Below, piece by piece: positions 17,545 to 26,711 of a stretch of 64,000 nt of DNA. Position 1 is the first letter of the stretch, and each line of letters begins with the position of its first letter. Source of the DNA: Gammaproteobacteria bacterium (GTDB lineage: Bacteria > Pseudomonadota > Gammaproteobacteria > Eutrophobiales > Eutrophobiaceae). The position numbers and the translations under genes are program-made. The stretch is taken from positions 1,280,001 to 1,344,000 of the forward strand of contig CBDEUK010000002.1 in NCBI GenBank assembly GCA_965243205.1, written 5' to 3'. The notes below the pieces were generated by a model, which was not told where the DNA came from, ran no database searches, and was given only the letters and a program-made list of their open reading frames with translations.

Positions 17545-19361
17545 AGTTGTTCTATCTCTGCATCAAATTTTTCAAAAACTCTTTGTTTCAATTCTTTTTG
17601 ATATTCTGATGTCACAAATAGTTCGGTTTTAATTTTATCATTCGGATTGTCAAATATATCGGCTGGCAAGGTATAATCTGAATCTTCAAATCCTTGTTTT
17701 TTCTCTAACCATAATCCTCGGATAAATGAATTTCTGACAGCCGTGCGGAGTTCTTCTTCTGTTATTTTTAAATTGGTTAAATGCTCAATGGCATCAATTA
17801 ATGTCGCGTTATCCAAATTTGCAAACTTACAAATACCGGTTAAATCATCACGCACCATATATAAACCTTTATCAACGATCTTACTTACCCAGTAATCCAT
17901 TGAGGTATCTCCATCAGACGCCAAGATACTATAGGTTTGCATACTCATGTGCCCGCCAGCAATCGCCCAGATATATCCAGGATTGGTTTCAGGAAGATAT
18001 GCCGGTAACTCCAAACCTTTTACATGCATAGCATATCCAGGTTGTTTACATTCTTCAGATAAGCGCTTTGAACCTTGTCCTAAAGTTCTACATTTTCCAC
18101 TACCTGTATCGACTACTAATTGCCGAATGGCTTCAAAGTCACCAAATTGAACATTATTAAGAATAGTATTGCCTGGATTGCGTTCGTTGTAATCTAATGC
18201 ATACGAAATCGTGGCACCGAGCGAAATTGAATCCATACCATAGCGATCGCATAAACCAACTAACTCAGCAGCTTGTCCTCCATCATGGATACCTAAATTG
18301 GTTGATAAAAGATTTAATGGTTCGTAATCAAACTTAGCCAAAAACTTTCCACGATTCCCTTCTTCATCTTTTTCATAAATATTTTTATGGCAAGCAATAG
18401 CACAGCGAAAACAATTTTCAGCTTTAACTATAAAATCTTTTTCAACGTTATCACGAAATAATTTATCTGGGTTACCTGTTGCTTTAGGACGGAAATTATT
18501 TTCTGGGACAATGTGTAATTTTTCCATCGGCACATAATTAGACCAGGTACCACCTAAGCCACCTTTCTTAGGTTCGCGATACTTACGTGAACCAGGACCA
18601 CTGGAAATGTATTTATTCCATTCTCTAATTTCTGGTGATAATTTTTCTTTTACATCACGTGAGTCAGCAATAATCCCTAGTAAATTTTTTGAACCCATTA
18701 CTGAGCCCATACCCGCACGGCCAGCCCAACGACATTTATCATCACCGGATTTCAGTAAGTTTTCAGTACTGCATCCTACTGCACCATAAAAGCAATTCTC
18801 ATAGTTCTCACCTGCAGGACCAATCATAGCGAAATGACTATCAGGGTAATCTTCTTTCAATTCGATAATTTTATCGTGACTACTTTTACCCAATAAATGT
18901 TCTGCTGACTTTAATTGAATTTCAGGCCCTTGTTCCGTTTCCTGAACATGTAAAACAACAGGTTGTGCAGAACGCCCCGTAAAAACAATCTCATCGATTC
19001 CTGTCCAACGTAATTTAGTACCAAACTTTCCACTGGCTGCCGACCACATAACACCTGGTAATCCTTTATTGGAAACTTTTAATGGGCTATAACTGGAAAA
19101 ATAGGTTCTGAGTCCTGTCATGATCGGAGTTCCCGTCAACAAACCAGTACTGACAACCAAAGGATTTTCCGGACTATATGGATCTGTAATCGATTCTTTG
19201 CCTAAAATTTTATAAGCGCGTGCATAACCACCCAGTACATCTTCTAGGGTTTCACAATGGATAGTCTCGATGTTTATCGTCGCATTCGACAAATCGACAG
19301 TGCAGCGTTGGTAACTGACTGTACTAGGGTCAAAATGTGTTAAAGCTTCTGTTTTACTCAT
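17535..19361 (-). CDS. Aldehyde:ferredoxin oxidoreductase family (W/Mo bis-pterin) catalytic subunit
   Basis: SPL, IGPAGEN, AGRAGMGSVMGSKNL, CFRCAIAC 4Fe-4S motif, DYEP, CDRYGMDSIS.G, HVKGLELPAY.P, GICKF. Confidence 0.9.
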   Translation of the reverse strand: MSKTEALTHFDPSTVSYQRCTVDLSNATINIETIHCETLEDVLGGYARAYKILGKESITDPYSPENPLVVSTGLLTGTPIMTGLRTYFSSYSPLKVSNKGLPGVMWSAASGKFGTKLRWTGIDEIVFTGRSAQPVVLHVQETEQGPEIQLKSAEHLLGKSSHDKIIELKEDYPDSHFAMIGPAGENYENCFYGAVGCSTENLLKSGDDKCRWAGRAGMGSVMGSKNLLGIIADSRDVKEKLSPEIREWNKYISSGPGSRKYREPKKGGLGGTWSNYVPMEKLHIVPENNFRPKATGNPDKLFRDNVEKDFIVKAENCFRCAIACHKNIYEKDEEGNRGKFLAKFDYEPLNLLSTNLGIHDGGQAAELVGLCDRYGMDSISLGATISYALDYNERNPGNTILNNVQFGDFEAIRQLVVDTGSGKCRTLGQGSKRLSEECKQPGYAMHVKGLELPAYLPETNPGYIWAIAGGHMSMQTYSILASDGDTSMDYWVSKIVDKGLYMVRDDLTGICKFANLDNATLIDAIEHLTNLKITEEELRTAVRNSFIRGLWLEKKQGFEDSDYTLPADIFDNPNDKIKTELFVTSEYQKELKQRVFEKFDAEIEQLCA

Positions 19362-19547
19362 AGCCAAATTAATAACAATAAAAGTCCTACCAGCCGTATA
19401 ACGGCAAGTTATAAATATGATTGATTTACTTAGATATCGACGTTTTAAGTCAGGTTTTTAACCAGACGCGCAACTCAGAAATTTCCGCCCTCTGGCAGGA
19501 AGATGCGAGATAATATCTTAGTCTATGTGCGATTGCATAATAATTTT

Positions 19548-19579
19548 CATGTATATCGTTATAATCAACGAAATACATG
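19548..19579. promoter_or_regulatory. 13-bp imperfect inverted repeat, candidate transcription-factor site
   Basis: CATGTATATCGTT-N6-AACGAAATACATG (one mismatch) in the divergent AOR/cNMP intergenic region. Confidence 0.45.
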
Positions 19580-19748
19580 TGCTTTGTCATAGTTTTTTAA
19601 AATATTACGGTTTTAGTAAGAAATCGCCAATATATTATTTTCATTTAAAATCAATGAGTTAAACATTTATTACAATAGAATAGTCATAAAAAAGCCATCA
19701 CTTTCATATTTTGTTAGCAAAAATGACTTTTTATTACAATGTAAATTC

Positions 19749-19764
19749 TGTGATTTCCGACACA
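19749..19764. promoter_or_regulatory. CRP/Vfr-like box
   Basis: TGTGA-tttccg-ACACA, 9/10 match to TGTGA-N6-TCACA, with AT-rich flanks. Confidence 0.45.
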
Positions 19765-19899
19765 AAATTACTTCAGTATCATGATCTAAGTGCCGAAAAA
19801 CCTTTATATTGCTATCAATAACGTCTTTCCAGTGAAATAAGATAGTTTGGTATAGCACAAAATTCGCTTTATACAGATGTGCCTAACTCAGGAACCTAT

Positions 19900-20760
19900 A
19901 TGTCTTTAAATACATTTCGTAATCAAGAACTTCTTCGAAGTATCTCGCTTTTTCAGTCATTAGAAACTGAAGAACTGAGCCAAATACTCGATGCACCGGA
20001 AAATGGTATTGAAGGCTATGAAGCTAAGGAAGTAATCGTAGAGGAAGCGGAGATCGGTCATTGCATGTATGTAATTTTAAGTGGTACTGCTGAGGTTACT
20101 GTCCATCATGATGAGCGAAATGTAGAAGTCACAGTCAATACACTCAATGCTGGTGATTTTTTTGGTGAACAGGCTTTAATGCCAGAAGGCACTGGGAAAC
20201 GTAATGCAACAGTTAGGGCTTTAAATCCAGTTTTAGCACTAAGGATTGAGAAAAAATACGTATTACTTCATGTAGACCACGCTGAGGCTGAACCTCTAAA
20301 CCCTCACGACACCTTAAATTTACCTAATTCTGAAGTACTCAGAACTATACTCGATATGCGTTTATTCCGTACGCTAACCGAAGATGAGTTACTGCGTATT
20401 GATGAATGGACAACTATCTTGACCGTTGAAGCTGGAGAGTTCGTAGTCAAAGAAGCCGAACCTGCTGATTATATGTATGTAATTATCGAAGGTAGTTTAG
20501 AGGCTTTCACTACTGATAGTTTTGGCAAGATAATAATTTTAGCGCAACATGGACCAGGCCGATATTTTGGAGAACAAGCTTTAATGAGCGAGCAAGTTGG
20601 CAAGCGCAGTTGCTATGTTCGCTCAAATGGTCGATCAAGGCTCATACGTATTCCTAAAGAATACTTTCGTTTAGTCTTAAAGCGCGATGTTGAATTGGCT
20701 GAGTCCTTAAAACAAATCGGTACTGCACAAAAAGCTGAAATAGAAAAACTGCATATCTAA
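19900..20760 (+). CDS. Stand-alone tandem cyclic-nucleotide-binding-domain protein (paralog 1)
   Basis: Two CNB repeats: MYVILSG...GDFFGEQAL...KRNAT and MYVIIEG...GRYFGEQAL...KRSCY; ATG 19900 follows AGGAA and aligns with the paralog 2 start. Confidence 0.88.
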   Translation: MSLNTFRNQELLRSISLFQSLETEELSQILDAPENGIEGYEAKEVIVEEAEIGHCMYVILSGTAEVTVHHDERNVEVTVNTLNAGDFFGEQALMPEGTGKRNATVRALNPVLALRIEKKYVLLHVDHAEAEPLNPHDTLNLPNSEVLRTILDMRLFRTLTEDELLRIDEWTTILTVEAGEFVVKEAEPADYMYVIIEGSLEAFTTDSFGKIIILAQHGPGRYFGEQALMSEQVGKRSCYVRSNGRSRLIRIPKEYFRLVLKRDVELAESLKQIGTAQKAEIEKLHI

Positions 20761-20890
20761 ACATTTTCGCAGCATTCGCGTTTATTTCTCGATAAAATCT
20801 ATAGTAATATCATATAATAAGCTCATAATATGAGTTTATTGTGTAAGGTATTTTTATTTGCACATGATATTCGATCACGCGGAATACTGA

Positions 20891-21754
20891 ATGAGCGACA
20901 ATACATTTCAAAATCAGGAAATTTTAAAAAAGATACCTTTCTTCCAGCATCTAAGCCATGAAGAGCTAGGCAGCATTATAGAAGCACCTGAAAACTCAGT
21001 AGAATCATTTGATTCTCGTCAAGTTATCGTACGAGAATCGGAGATCGCTGATTGTATGTATGTGATCTTTGATGGTACAGCAGAAGTATATTTACGACTT
21101 GAAGGCGGTGATAGACAACTTACTGTAGCAACCTTGCATAAAGGCGATTTTTTTGGCGAACAAGCTATTTTACCTGGCGGGCCGGGAGTGCGTAATGCAT
21201 CGGTACGTTCTTTACATCCTAGTAAGATGTTAAAGATCGATAAAAAATACGTCATTGAATACGCCAATGTACAAGATGATTCTGACATGAATACCGTTGG
21301 TGATGTCGATCATACTCACCATGAAATGCATAATCTTTTGAGCAAAATGCGTTTATTTCAAACTGTCAGTGAGCGAGAGTTTTCGAATATATCAACTTGG
21401 GCCAAAATTGAATCGTATGAATCAGGTCAATTTGTTTTTAGAGAATTTCAAGAAGGCGATGGTATTTATATTGTACTAGAAGGTATGGTAGAAATATTTA
21501 TTCTGGATAGCTCAGGCAAAGTAGTTATTTTCGCTCGATTAAATCGCGGTCGTTACTTTGGAGAACAAGCATTACTACCAGGTGGTGATTCCAAACGTAA
21601 TAGTTATGCGCGCGCCGATAGTAAAACTCGATTAATTCGTATTGATCGTTCATTCTTTGAAATCATTCTGAATCGTGATCATAAACTTTTAGAAGCCCTG
21701 AAAAAAATCGGTGATTCTCAAGGAACAGAGATCAATCGTATAAAAACCAATTAA
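20891..21754 (+). CDS. Stand-alone tandem cyclic-nucleotide-binding-domain protein (paralog 2)
   Basis: Two CNB repeats: MYVIFDG...GDFFGEQAI...VRNAS and IYIVLEG...GRYFGEQAL...KRNSY. Confidence 0.88.
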   Translation: MSDNTFQNQEILKKIPFFQHLSHEELGSIIEAPENSVESFDSRQVIVRESEIADCMYVIFDGTAEVYLRLEGGDRQLTVATLHKGDFFGEQAILPGGPGVRNASVRSLHPSKMLKIDKKYVIEYANVQDDSDMNTVGDVDHTHHEMHNLLSKMRLFQTVSEREFSNISTWAKIESYESGQFVFREFQEGDGIYIVLEGMVEIFILDSSGKVVIFARLNRGRYFGEQALLPGGDSKRNSYARADSKTRLIRIDRSFFEIILNRDHKLLEALKKIGDSQGTEINRIKTN

Positions 21755-21789
21755 TACCACTTGTTTCGTTTTGTTGTTTACATTCTTTT

Positions 21790-22707
21790 ATGAACTACGC
21801 GCTTGAAATTTCTAAGCTCACAAAAACTTATGCTAATGGCAAGCATGCCCTTAAAGGCATTGACCTAGTTGTTAATAATGGTGATTTCTTCGCTTTGCTA
21901 GGACCTAACGGTGCAGGTAAATCAACAACGATTGGTATAGTATCTGGTTTAGTCAACAAGACTTCCGGCACAGCAAAAATTTTTGGCCACGATATAAACA
22001 CTGATTCGTATCATGCTAAGTCTGCACTTGGTGTAGTACCACAAGAAATTAATTTTTCACAATTTGAAACATGTTATGAAATCGTATTAAATCAGGCAGG
22101 TTATTACGGTTTACATAAAGCTCTCGCTAAAGAACGAGCAGAACATTATTTAAATCAACTTGGTCTTTGGGATCGTCGTTTGGATCGTTCACGAAATCTA
22201 TCTGGCGGTTTAAAACGACGACTTATGATTGCTAGAGCATTAGCACATAACCCTAAATTATTAATTCTAGATGAACCCACTGCTGGCGTTGATGTTGAAC
22301 TACGTCGTTCTATGTGGGATTTCTTAACTGAGATCAATGAACAAGGTACAACTATTGTTCTAACCACACATTACCTCGAAGAAGCTGAACGACTTTGCAG
22401 GAATATAGCCATTATTGATAATGGTGAACTAATTCAAAATACATCTATGAAATCATTATTGTCTCAATTAACTACAGAAAGCCTAATACTAGAATTAAAA
22501 GAACCTTTAATATCAAAGCCTGAAATAAATGAGTTTGATTTTAAACAAATTGATGAACTTTGTTGTGAAGTAACCATTGAAAAAGATCAGGATTTGAATG
22601 ACGTTTTTGATGAACTTTCGAAATATAATATAAAAATCTCTTCAGTAAGAAATAAATCAAACCGTTTAGAAGAATTGTTTATAAATCTTGTTGAGAAAAC
22701 TGAGTAA
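21790..22707 (+). CDS. yadG: ABC-2 transporter ATP-binding protein (YadG-like)
   Basis: GPNGAGKST, LSGGLKRR, LILDEPTAGVD, TTHYLEEAE, NRLEELF. Confidence 0.88.
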   Translation: MNYALEISKLTKTYANGKHALKGIDLVVNNGDFFALLGPNGAGKSTTIGIVSGLVNKTSGTAKIFGHDINTDSYHAKSALGVVPQEINFSQFETCYEIVLNQAGYYGLHKALAKERAEHYLNQLGLWDRRLDRSRNLSGGLKRRLMIARALAHNPKLLILDEPTAGVDVELRRSMWDFLTEINEQGTTIVLTTHYLEEAERLCRNIAIIDNGELIQNTSMKSLLSQLTTESLILELKEPLISKPEINEFDFKQIDELCCEVTIEKDQDLNDVFDELSKYNIKISSVRNKSNRLEELFINLVEKTE

Positions 22708-22718
22708 GCAGAATAAAA

Positions 22719-23492
22719 ATGTACTGGGATAAGTTATTTATTGCGTATAAAACTTTAGTTAGAAAAGAAATTTCAAGGTTCTTACGTATTTGGGTACAAA
22801 CTATCTTACCGCCAGTAGTGAGTATGTCTTTGTATTTTATTATTTTTGGCAACCTAATTGGCCCAAGAATCGGTGAAATGAATGGTTTTGCTTATATGGA
22901 ATATATCGCACCAGGGATTATTATGATGTCGGTGATTAATAACTCTTATGCAAATGTTGTTTCATCTTTTTTTGGTGCTAAATTTCAAAAACACATTGAA
23001 GAATTATTAGTTTCCCCTATACCTAATTTACTTATACTGGTTGGTTATATTACTGGCGGTGTTGCCAGAGGCATATTAGTTGGCCTGATAGTTACTGTCG
23101 TGGCATTATTTTTTACTGAATTAACAATACATAATTATTGGATCGTCATTTCAGTTATCTTATTAACATCAATCTTGTTTTCATTAGCTGGTTTCATCAA
23201 TGGTGTTTTTGCTAGAAATTTTGATGATATTTCAATTATCCCAACGTTTGTATTAACACCATTGATCTATCTTGGTGGTGTTTTTTATTCAATAAATTTA
23301 TTACCCGACTTTTGGCAAGGAGTATCAAAACTAAATCCAATATTATATATGGTCAATGCTTTTCGTTATGGCATATTAGGTGAGTCAGATATAGATGTAA
23401 CTTCGGCAATATTATTTATTGTTACGTTTAGTATCGTATTATTTTTATATTGCTGGTACTTAATCAATAAAGGAATAGGAATTAAGAATTAA
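22719..23492 (+). CDS. yadH: ABC-2 transporter permease (YadH-like)
   Basis: [42 protein letters not shown]. Confidence 0.88.
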   Translation: MYWDKLFIAYKTLVRKEISRFLRIWVQTILPPVVSMSLYFIIFGNLIGPRIGEMNGFAYMEYIAPGIIMMSVINNSYANVVSSFFGAKFQKHIEELLVSPIPNLLILVGYITGGVARGILVGLIVTVVALFFTELTIHNYWIVISVILLTSILFSLAGFINGVFARNFDDISIIPTFVLTPLIYLGGVFYSINLLPDFWQGVSKLNPILYMVNAFRYGILGESDIDVTSAILFIVTFSIVLFLYCWYLINKGIGIKN

Positions 23493-23848
23493 TCGCCTTT
23501 ATAGATGCAGCCTGCGGTACAAGTTTCTTGCACTACTACTGCTTCCAATAAATTTAGTTGCGGTTTTAGTTTATCAAAAATCCATTTAGCTAGATTCTCA
23601 CTGGTTGGGTTTTCTAAACCTGGTATTTCATTTAGATAATGATGATCAAGCTGTTCATAGATCGGTTTAAATATTTTACTGATTTCAGCAAAATCCATAA
23701 CCCATCCAGTTCCCTTATTTACCTCGCCTTCAACATGAATTTCTATATTAAATGAATGACCATGCAAACGGTGACATTTATGATCTTCAGGTAAATTAGG
23801 TAACCTGTGTGCGGCTTCTATAGTAAATTTTTTATAAATCTTCACCAC
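23489..23848 (-). CDS. queD: 6-carboxy-5,6,7,8-tetrahydropterin synthase
   Basis: [37 protein letters not shown]. Confidence 0.95.
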   Translation of the reverse strand: MVKIYKKFTIEAAHRLPNLPEDHKCHRLHGHSFNIEIHVEGEVNKGTGWVMDFAEISKIFKPIYEQLDHHYLNEIPGLENPTSENLAKWIFDKLKPQLNLLEAVVVQETCTAGCIYKGD

Positions 23849-24683
23849 TGAAGTCTCGTTTAAATTCTTGATAAATAGTATTTATTTGATGCCACATTTT
23901 ACCAACTTTACCATCACCTACTGATTGATCATTGATTTTAATGACAGGGATTATTTCTTGGGTAGAGCTTGTTAACCAAATCTCATCTGCAGATTTTAGT
24001 TCATTTTCAGTAATATCCATTTCATGAATCGGTAAACTATTTTTAGATGCTAGCTCAACCACTAGATCTCGAGTAATACCTGGCAATAACTGATGATCTT
24101 TTTTAGGTGTCTTTATCTTATTATCCTTAACAATAAATACATTACTTGCCGCCCCTTCTGTGAGCAAACCATTTTTGTTTATTAAAACAGCTTCTTTAGC
24201 TCCTTTTTTATGTGCATCATATTTTAGTAGCACCCCTGGTAATAAAGCGATTGATTTAATATCGCAAAATTTCCAACGTATATCTTCCGTTGTAATGATA
24301 GCGACACCTTCATGATTGGTTTTTTTAGTTAATGGTCGACTCATTGCGAACACAGTTGGTGTCATATTTTCAGAGAAAACATGATCTCGTTCAGCAACAC
24401 CTCGAGTTACTTGAAGATATAAAGATTGATCACCATTGTCATTTCTCTTAACAACATTAGATAGAATATCTTTCCATTCATTATTTTTATATGGATTATC
24501 AATATGGATTGCATCTAAACTATTTTGCAAACGTTTTAAATGTTCATCACAACGAAAAATAAAACCATTATAGACAGGGAAAACTTCATAAACACCGTCA
24601 GCAAAAATAAAGCCCCTATCTAAAACAGACACTTTAGCCTGGTCTTTATCCAAATACTTATCATTTAGAAAAACAGTAGACAT
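23832..24683 (-). CDS. dat: D-amino-acid aminotransferase (PLP class IV)
   Basis: [20 protein letters not shown]...CDIKS..LL, EGAASN.F, LPGITR. Confidence 0.88.
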   Translation of the reverse strand: MSTVFLNDKYLDKDQAKVSVLDRGFIFADGVYEVFPVYNGFIFRCDEHLKRLQNSLDAIHIDNPYKNNEWKDILSNVVKRNDNGDQSLYLQVTRGVAERDHVFSENMTPTVFAMSRPLTKKTNHEGVAIITTEDIRWKFCDIKSIALLPGVLLKYDAHKKGAKEAVLINKNGLLTEGAASNVFIVKDNKIKTPKKDHQLLPGITRDLVVELASKNSLPIHEMDITENELKSADEIWLTSSTQEIIPVIKINDQSVGDGKVGKMWHQINTIYQEFKRDFSGEDL

Positions 24684-24685
24684 AA

Positions 24686-25819
24686 TTATTCCATCATTAG
24701 ATAGATGCTGTCTTTAATCCTATTAAATATTCCAGCCGGTTCTACTGCATTCATGGCAAGTAGAGGAACCCTTGCTAACTCATCTCCCTCTAGACTAATA
24801 ATCAAGGTTCCTAACTTTTGACCTTGTGAAACTGGAGCGATGATTTTATCTTGCGTTTCAACGGTTGCTTTTAATTTTTGAAATTGCCCTTTTGGGTAAG
24901 TCAATACTAGCGGTTTATCTAAACCTAAAGACAACTCAGGTGTATTTCCTTTCCAGACTTTAACCGCTTCGATTTTTTCCTGTTGACTATATAACTGTTT
25001 CGTTTCAAAAAAACGGTAGCCATAATTTAATAATGATTGTGTAGCTTTAGTTCTCGCTTCAGTACTATCGGTTCCCATGACTACACTGATAAGACGCATT
25101 CCATCTCTCACTGCGGAAGCAACCAAACAATAGCCAGCCTCTTCAGTATGCCCAGTTTTTAGACCATCAACCGTTGGATCACGCCATAACAACTGATTAC
25201 GATTAGGCTGTGTAATGTTATTAAACGTAAACTCTTTTATAGAATGTAATTCATGGAGTTCAGGAAAATCCTTAATTAACGCACTAGCCAAAATCGCTAA
25301 ATCATGTGCTGTTGTTTTATGATTTTCACCGGGTAAGCCAGTACTATTCTCAAAATGAGAATTTTCCATACCCAGTTGTTGTGCATATTGATTCATCACT
25401 TGTGCAAACACTTCTTCAGTGCCAGACACATATTCCGCCAAAGCAACACTTGCATCATTACCAGATTGCACAATAACCCCTTTTAACAAATCATCTACCG
25501 ATACTTGTTTATTTACCTCAATAAACATTCTTGAACCAGGCATTTTCCAAGCTTTATTACTGACTAATACTAAATCATCTTCACTGATAGCGCCTTGCTG
25601 TAATTCATGAGCAACAGCATATATAGTCATGATCTTTGTTAAACTAGCTGGCGGTAAAATTTCATGGCTATTCTTTTCAGCAATGATTTTTCCACTTTCA
25701 TAATCGAGTAGAATATAGGACTTAGCATTAATTGCAGGTGCAGCCGGAACAACTGATACTGCAGAATTTGCTGTAACAGCAATACTGATTAATAAACACG
25801 TAATAATTCTTTTAAACAT
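24686..25819 (-). CDS. dacA: D-alanyl-D-alanine carboxypeptidase (PBP5/6)
   Basis: PASLTK (SxxK), SGN, KTG; start taken at MFKRII (signal peptide). Confidence 0.92.
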   Translation of the reverse strand: MFKRIITCLLISIAVTANSAVSVVPAAPAINAKSYILLDYESGKIIAEKNSHEILPPASLTKIMTIYAVAHELQQGAISEDDLVLVSNKAWKMPGSRMFIEVNKQVSVDDLLKGVIVQSGNDASVALAEYVSGTEEVFAQVMNQYAQQLGMENSHFENSTGLPGENHKTTAHDLAILASALIKDFPELHELHSIKEFTFNNITQPNRNQLLWRDPTVDGLKTGHTEEAGYCLVASAVRDGMRLISVVMGTDSTEARTKATQSLLNYGYRFFETKQLYSQQEKIEAVKVWKGNTPELSLGLDKPLVLTYPKGQFQKLKATVETQDKIIAPVSQGQKLGTLIISLEGDELARVPLLAMNAVEPAGIFNRIKDSIYLMME

Positions 25820-25841
25820 ATAATATAAACACCATACACTC

Positions 25842-26711
25842 TTAATCTGAAATAAAATTTGGATTGCTAATGCCTTCACGCTCCAAAGTTGAAACAATCG
25901 TATTTGCAACTTGAGCATCACTGACAGGCCCAATTAATACACGATACCAAGCTTGATTATTAACTATCGTTTTTTTCACGCTCACTAGATGTGCTGTCTT
26001 CGCAGACAATTGTTCACGAAGTTTCATAGCATTATTTTCTAAGCTAAAAGAACCTGCCTGGATATAAAAACCATTAGATAGCTTACGATTAACTTTCACA
26101 ATCTCTTTAGAAGTTGGCTCTTTCCATGCTCTCTGTTGTTTTGGTTGAGGGTTATAACCTGGCGTTATAGCTTCAACTTCCACAGGCGCAGTACCTGTTT
26201 TCACAACATCTAATTTTAAAGCTGCTACATATGATAAATCTATTATCCGCCCTTCATGAAATGGGCCACGATCATTTACTTTAACAATGATATGTTTACC
26301 ATTCTGTAAATTAGTGACTTTAACATACGTTGGTAAAGGCAGACTTTTATGTGCAGCAGTCATTGCATACATATCATAGGTTTCACCACTTGAAGTCCTT
26401 CTTCCATGAAATTTTGTACCATACCAAGAAGCATCGCCACGTTCCCGGTAACCCACAGCACTGTTCATAACATAATAACGTTTACCAAATACATCATAAC
26501 TTTTTGGGTTACCATATTTACTACGCCGTTCTTTTTTTGGAACAGCATTAGAAATTTTGGATACATCAATATTTTTATTAATTGGGGCGCCATCTTTTGA
26601 AGTTCTATTTTTGACTGGAGAACTTCCACAAGCACCAAGCGATATTAATAAAATTAATACAAGGAACTGTTTGATAAATATAAATAGGTTGTAATTATCA
26701 AAATTCATCAT
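25842..26711 (-). CDS. rlpA: Septal ring lytic transglycosylase RlpA
   Basis: Lipobox LGAC, ASWYG..FHG, TAAHK.LPLP, NDRGPF..RIIDLS, C-terminal SPOR domain. Confidence 0.93.
   Translation of the reverse strand: MMNFDNYNLFIFIKQFLVLILLISLGACGSSPVKNRTSKDGAPINKNIDVSKISNAVPKKERRSKYGNPKSYDVFGKRYYVMNSAVGYRERGDASWYGTKFHGRRTSSGETYDMYAMTAAHKSLPLPTYVKVTNLQNGKHIIVKVNDRGPFHEGRIIDLSYVAALKLDVVKTGTAPVEVEAITPGYNPQPKQQRAWKEPTSKEIVKVNRKLSNGFYIQAGSFSLENNAMKLREQLSAKTAHLVSVKKTIVNNQAWYRVLIGPVSDAQVANTIVSTLEREGISNPNFISD

Noticed and set aside
19670-19858. 62-aa minus-strand ORF in the AOR/cNMP intergenic region
   Set aside because: No RBS or motif, AT-rich, and overlaps probable promoter elements
19900-21754. cNMP proteins as CRP/FNR transcription factors or Pycsar/CBASS effectors
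   Set aside because: No C-terminal HTH, TIR or TM effector domain and no adjacent cyclase gene
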